DNA of 64,000 nucleotides, from positions 5,976 to 69,975 of the forward strand of contig CANRFY010000008.1 in the NCBI GenBank assembly GCA_947630015.1. The letters are read 5' to 3'. The DNA is from an uncultured Clostridia bacterium (GTDB lineage Bacteria > Bacillota > Clostridia > Oscillospirales > CAG-272). This document shows positions 59,341 to 64,000 of this stretch, piece after piece (position 1 is the stretch's first letter; each line of letters starts with the position of its first letter). Below the pieces are notes generated by a model. That model ran no database searches and had not been told where the DNA came from. It was given only the letters and a program-made list of their open reading frames with translations. The translations under genes and the position numbers were made by a program.

Positions 59341-59890
59341 AACAATACCCCCGTATGATGCAGTCATACAGGGGTCAGTCCGCCGAACAGTATTGAGATC
59401 GCACAACTTTCGGGGCGCTGCCCCGCACCCCGCTTAGAGGGACTTTTGTAAAAGTCCCTCTAAGAACTCCTCAAAACTTTCCTTACATGGGTTATGGGGC
59501 AAGTGTGTTCGACTCTGCATCGCGCGTTCGTGCGATAACGAAGTAGTCGCGCGAGGCGCGAACACCGCCTTTTCGGGGCGCTGCCCCGCACCCCGCTTAG
59601 AGGGACTTTTGTAAAAGTCCCTCTAAGAACTCCTCAAAACTTTCCTTACATGGGTTATGGGGCAAGTGTGTTCGACTCTGCATCGCGCGTTCGTGCGATA
59701 ACGAAGTAGTCGCGCGAGGCGCGAACACCGCCTTTTCGGGGCGCTGCCCCGAACCCCGCTTGCAGATGCTTCGCATCTGCCGTCTTAATAATCTTCAGGA
59801 ATTTTTATTAAAACGGTTATGGGGCAAGTGCGGTGCGCATATTTTCGGCAGGCTGACTCCCGTATGATCTAATCATACAGGGGCATCATT
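59341..59890 (+). repeat. Repeat family copy 7: two identical 163-bp A-B units plus a partial third, flanked by 47-bp inverted repeats
   Basis: Units start at 59408, 59571, 59734; flanks 59341-59387 and 59844-59890 match at 35/47 as reverse complements. Confidence 0.9.
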
Positions 59891-59911
59891 AAGAAAAAGC
59901 GGGGGTTTATC

Positions 59912-61555
59912 TTACAAATTGCTTTCAATATCGAGCGGAAGCTCAATCAAGGCCGCGAACTGATCGCCGTCGATCTCGACTTTGAATCTGCCGCCGAGCG
60001 ATTCCGTATACGTTTTCGCGATAGCGAGTCCGAGACCGCTGCCGCCCGACGTTCTTGCGACGTCGCCGGTCACGAACCGGCGCGTTATATCGTCGGGGGT
60101 GAAATTCATCTCATATGACGACGTGTTCACGATCCTGACCGTGCATTTCCCGCCGCCGGAGGAAGCGTCGATATAAACTCTCGTGCCGGAGAGGGAATAT
60201 TTGATCGCGTTCACGAACAGATTCGCAAGCACGGCATGGAGCCTGCCGCCGTCTGTCCGTATCGGGATCGTTTCGGCGGAATATCTGCGGCGCAGAGTCA
60301 ATCCGGCGGCGGTGAGCTGATCGTCGAACACTCCCGCCGTCTGCTCTATCAGGCGCAAGAGATCGATATCTTCCGGCTTCGGCGGCAGAACGCCGCTCGA
60401 GACCTTCGTCAGCTCGAACAGTGAATCGACGAGATCCTTCATATACGCCGCTTTTTTATTCAAAAGCTCGAGGCGGGCCGCGCCGTCCGCGCTCACAGCT
60501 TCGCCGCGCAAAAGCTCGCCGTAGCCGATGATCGCCGTCAGCGGCGTGCGCAGATCGTGCGATACGTTCGAGATCAGCTCGACCTTGAACCGTTCGCTCT
60601 TGACGGCGGAGTCGACGGCCTCGCGCCGCCGCTTTGTAAGTCCCGCAAGCTTCTCCTCCTCGTTTGCGAATTCGCCACTGATCTCGACCTCCCTGTCGCA
60701 AAACGCGGCGTCAAGCTGCCGGCACAGATGCGCGGCGTCGCGCGACATCGCGTAAAGCGATGCAAGATCGTATACGGCGGCGAGGAAAAACACAGCGGCA
60801 TACGCGTATGTCGGAACCGTCAGTTCGACGCCTTTCGCCGCCGCGCATAAAAGCGAGATCGATGCTGCGGCGAACGATGTGAAAAACAAAAGATGAACGA
60901 TCGGCGAAAATCGCAATATCCCTTCCCCGCCGGTTTTAGATACGCGGCGCGACAGCCTCGCCGGCAGGCTCGCATACGGCGTCATCCGATCGTATATCGC
61001 CAGGCGGACGAGCGACCTTACGCCGTAGAGCGACGCCGCCGTGATCGCGGGCGCGATCAGCGCCGCCATATAATCGTTTACGCCGATATATGGCGCGAAC
61101 GCGGCGGCCGGCGCCAATATCGCTGACGCCTCCGGCGGCGTTTCTGTCGGCAGCGGCGACGCCAGCACAACGTATGCGACGCCGAACGCGATCGCGAGCG
61201 CGATCAGCGCGCCGCCGACAAATCCGACGGCGCGGTAAGCGGTGATATTCATCGCGCGCTGCGCCTGTTTTCTCGCGGACGCGATCTCGCTCTCCGACAC
61301 GTCGGCCGCCGTTTCCCGATAGTCAGTCGTGACTTCTTCGCACGTATCGACGACCTCGGTGCCGCTGTATACCGACGAATACTCCCACGACGAAGGCGTC
61401 CCGTCGCCGCCGTAATATAACGCGACAGCCTTCGCCCTGTCCGAATAAACTAAGAGCGCCGTTCCCGCCGCCGCAAACGCGACGGCGAGTATGAACGACG
61501 TCCATATCGCATAAAGCCGCCGTTGATCGAGCCGTTCACTCTTTTCCGAATACAT
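59912..61555 (-). CDS. Sensor histidine kinase
   Basis: SHDLRTPLT H-box, NL..NAIKY, GSGLGLAI; multiple TMs. Confidence 0.93.
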   Translation of the reverse strand: MYSEKSERLDQRRLYAIWTSFILAVAFAAAGTALLVYSDRAKAVALYYGGDGTPSSWEYSSVYSGTEVVDTCEEVTTDYRETAADVSESEIASARKQAQRAMNITAYRAVGFVGGALIALAIAFGVAYVVLASPLPTETPPEASAILAPAAAFAPYIGVNDYMAALIAPAITAASLYGVRSLVRLAIYDRMTPYASLPARLSRRVSKTGGEGILRFSPIVHLLFFTSFAAASISLLCAAAKGVELTVPTYAYAAVFFLAAVYDLASLYAMSRDAAHLCRQLDAAFCDREVEISGEFANEEEKLAGLTKRRREAVDSAVKSERFKVELISNVSHDLRTPLTAIIGYGELLRGEAVSADGAARLELLNKKAAYMKDLVDSLFELTKVSSGVLPPKPEDIDLLRLIEQTAGVFDDQLTAAGLTLRRRYSAETIPIRTDGGRLHAVLANLFVNAIKYSLSGTRVYIDASSGGGKCTVRIVNTSSYEMNFTPDDITRRFVTGDVARTSGGSGLGLAIAKTYTESLGGRFKVEIDGDQFAALIELPLDIESNL

Positions 61556-62240
61556 ATCCGATCCCCCATTTTACGCGCAGATACTCGGGCCGTTTCGGGT
61601 CGAGTTCTATCTTCTCGCGTATGCGTCTGATATGCACCATCACGGTGTTCTCGACCGCATACGCTTCGCTGTCCCACACGCGCGAATAAAGCTGCTCCGC
61701 GGAAAACACGCGCCCGGGATTCGACATCATGACCTCTAATATTTTATACTCCGTCGCCGTCAGTCTGACGCGTTCGCCGCGCATCGTGAGCGTCTTTTGT
61801 TCTGTGTCGAGCGTCGCGTCGCCGACCGTGATCGCCGACGGCGATCTGTCCTCCCTTATCGAGCCGAGATCGTCGTACCGGCGCAAAAGTGCGCGGACGC
61901 GCGCCATAAGCTCGCCCGTATAAAACGGCTTTACGAGATAATCGTCCGCGCCCGATTCGAGGCCAAGCACTCTGTCGTCCCCCTCCGCCTTTGCGGACAG
62001 CATCAATATCGGGACGTTGCTGTCCGACCTGATCCGCGCCGTCGCTACGATCCCGTTGCAGCGCGGCATCATCACATCCATTATTATAAGATGCGGTTTC
62101 GTCTCGGCAAGAAGACGGCACGCGTCCTCGCCGTTCTGTGCCGTAACGACTGCGTAGCCCGCCGAGATCAGCGCCGTTTTGATTATATCCACTATCGACG
62201 CCTCGTCGTCCGCGACGAGGATCCTGTACTGTTCCGTCAC
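61536..62240 (-). CDS. OmpR-family response regulator
   Basis: VADD, DVMMP, GADDY..KPF, VHIRRIREKIE, WGIGY. Confidence 0.96.
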   Translation of the reverse strand: MTEQYRILVADDEASIVDIIKTALISAGYAVVTAQNGEDACRLLAETKPHLIIMDVMMPRCNGIVATARIRSDSNVPILMLSAKAEGDDRVLGLESGADDYLVKPFYTGELMARVRALLRRYDDLGSIREDRSPSAITVGDATLDTEQKTLTMRGERVRLTATEYKILEVMMSNPGRVFSAEQLYSRVWDSEAYAVENTVMVHIRRIREKIELDPKRPEYLRVKWGIGYVFGKE

Positions 62241-62536
62241 GCTTCCACCTCGTTTATCTGCCGATTTATCATATTATAATTATACGGCATGAGGCATAAC
62301 GCCGCAAGAGCGAAAATCTTACATATTTCTTTCGATTTGACGGCCTTGATCAAATTTATTTCGCGGCGCGAAAAAATTTGCATCAGGATCGCTTTAGCGG
62401 TTGACGCGGAGGCTTTGCGGTGGTATCATATGTATGATGGGGCGGGATGTCCCATAATACGACATAACGGTCAAGGATTGACCTCGGAGGATGAACGCCA
62501 CCGCCGAAAACCGGCGCGGGCGCTATAAAAAAACAT

Positions 62537-63436
62537 ATGGAAACGAGCTATTTATTCGTACATTTTACGGGCGAGTCGCCGGTCGGCGAACAAGTGTATT
62601 TCGCCATCAGCCGCGACGGGGCGCACTTTCGCGATCTTAACGGCGGGAATCCCGTGCTTCGCTCCGAGATCGGCGAGCGCGGCGTGCGCGATCCGTTCAT
62701 ACTGCGTTCCCGCATCGACGGAAAATTCTACATAATCGCCACCGATCTCCGCATCGCGAACGGCAAGGGCTGGGGCGTCGCGCAGAACGAGGGCAGCCGC
62801 AATATCGTGATATGGCGCTCCGACGATCTGATCGCATGGTCGGAGCCGTGGATGTTCGACACCGCGCTCGAGGGCGCGGGATGCGTATGGGCGCCGGAGG
62901 CGGCATACGATGAATCGCGGGACGCGTATCTCGTATTTTGGGCGTCGAAGATGCTCATGGAAAACGGTCACCGCAAGCAGAAGATTTACCGCGCGTACAC
63001 GCGCGATTTCGTCAGCTTCACCGAACCCGTTTTGTACATCGAAAAGGGCGACGACGTCATCGACACTACGATCGTTCACGAAAACGGCGTTTTCTACCGT
63101 TTCTCGAAGGATGAGACGACAAAGCGCATCATAATGGATTGCGGTCGCGATCTTATCGGCGAATTCACCGAAATTCACAGCGACGCGCTCGCCTCGCTCC
63201 CCGGCGTCGAGGGGCCGATAGCGTTTTTGCGCCACGACGGGAAATGGTGCCTCATGGTCGATCAGTTCGCCAAGGGAAAGGGATATCTCCCGCTGCTCAC
63301 CGACGACATTTCGAGCGGCCGATTCACCGTCATGGACGGCGGCGATTACGATCTCGGCCGCAGCATAAAGCGCCACGGCAGCATTCTGCCGATAACGGCC
63401 GAGGAATACGACCGCCTCGATCGCGCGCTTGCATAA
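62537..63436 (+). CDS. GH43 family glycoside hydrolase
   Basis: RDPF, WAPE, IDT, EGP, RHG motifs. Confidence 0.9.
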   Translation: METSYLFVHFTGESPVGEQVYFAISRDGAHFRDLNGGNPVLRSEIGERGVRDPFILRSRIDGKFYIIATDLRIANGKGWGVAQNEGSRNIVIWRSDDLIAWSEPWMFDTALEGAGCVWAPEAAYDESRDAYLVFWASKMLMENGHRKQKIYRAYTRDFVSFTEPVLYIEKGDDVIDTTIVHENGVFYRFSKDETTKRIIMDCGRDLIGEFTEIHSDALASLPGVEGPIAFLRHDGKWCLMVDQFAKGKGYLPLLTDDISSGRFTVMDGGDYDLGRSIKRHGSILPITAEEYDRLDRALA

Positions 63437-63451
63437 ATTTCATTCGCCGCG

Positions 63452-63498
63452 AAAACGCGGGGACACGCTCGACAAAAGAGCGTATCCCCGCGTTTTTT
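63452..63498. terminator. Bidirectional terminator
   Basis: AAAACGCGGG(G)ACACGCTC...GAGCGTATCCCCGCGTTTT. Confidence 0.75.
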
Positions 63499-63520
63499 AT
63501 TTGGAGATTTTCTCGACGAT

Positions 63521-64000
63521 TTAAAATTCCCTGTAAAAGTCGTCCCGCATCTCTGATACGGCGATATAACATTCGCGGCCGTATAAGAGCGACGCCGGAA
63601 GCCGCCACGGCTTGCCGTAGTAGTAGAGATCGGCAGCAAGCTCGCCGTCCGCGTAAAGCTGCAAGACGTCGCCGCACAGCCCGATCTGCACGATCCCGCG
63701 ATCCGATGTAACCTCGACGCGGTACCAATCGCTCCGCCGCTCCCCTCCTATCGCCAGCTCCTCCGGATGCGACGGCGCGATCGGCGGCGACGGCAGCTTA
63801 TATATCGCAATATCCGCGTTCTCCTCCGGCACGCCGGCTCTTTCTGTATCGAATCCCGTGCCGTTCCACGTATCGTACTCGAATTCGCCGCCCTCGGCGC
63901 ATTCGATCCGCCCGCCGCACTCGTATATATTGCAGCCGCGTCCGATCCGCACAGCGCCGCCGACGCGTCGCAGATACACGGCCTCGTCCGGCGGCAGCGT
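63521..64000 (-). CDS. C-terminus of a protein truncated by the window edge, possibly a beta-galactosidase
   Basis: Open frame runs toward the edge; GDV.QLYADG.L.AD.YYYG..W resembles beta-galactosidase C-terminal beta-sandwiches. Confidence 0.45.
   Translation of the reverse strand, partial: TLPPDEAVYLRRVGGAVRIGRGCNIYECGGRIECAEGGEFEYDTWNGTGFDTERAGVPEENADIAIYKLPSPPIAPSHPEELAIGGERRSDWYRVEVTSDRGIVQIGLCGDVLQLYADGELAADLYYYGKPWRLPASLLYGRECYIAVSEMRDDFYREF

Noticed and set aside
59408-59830. Tandem repeats as a CRISPR array
   Set aside because: Units are 163 bp and identical throughout with no unique spacers, and no cas genes are present.

Overview
Core chromosomal region of a GC-rich, spore-forming Clostridia (Firmicutes) bacterium. 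No transposase, integrase, phage or CRISPR-Cas gene was recognised. It carries rnhB-yraN, tig-clpP-clpX, potABCD, spoIVF-like and spoIIQ-like genes, spo0A, ctsR-mcsA-mcsB-clpC, xpt with a nucleoside ABC transporter, rnz, holA, a gtrA-murJ-DUF5693-csaB cell-wall locus, LexA-boxed dinB, two tRNAs, a very large ECF sigma factor, nfo, a two-component system and GH43 hydrolases. The most unusual signals are non-coding. (1) A modular ~165-bp palindromic repeat family sits at seven intergenic loci. Its hairpins are followed by a mirror-symmetric strand that co-varies with the stem, which suggests an intrastrand triplex, and it includes a GTAG-hairpin REP-like module. One tandem array is bracketed by 47-bp inverted repeats. 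(2) A preQ1-I riboswitch controls a VUT transporter that is translationally coupled to an unassigned SDR, a candidate new queuosine-salvage enzyme. (3) The potABCD leader contains a hairpin-sequestered basic uORF. All calls come from reading the sequence and recognising motifs; no searches or folding programs were run.
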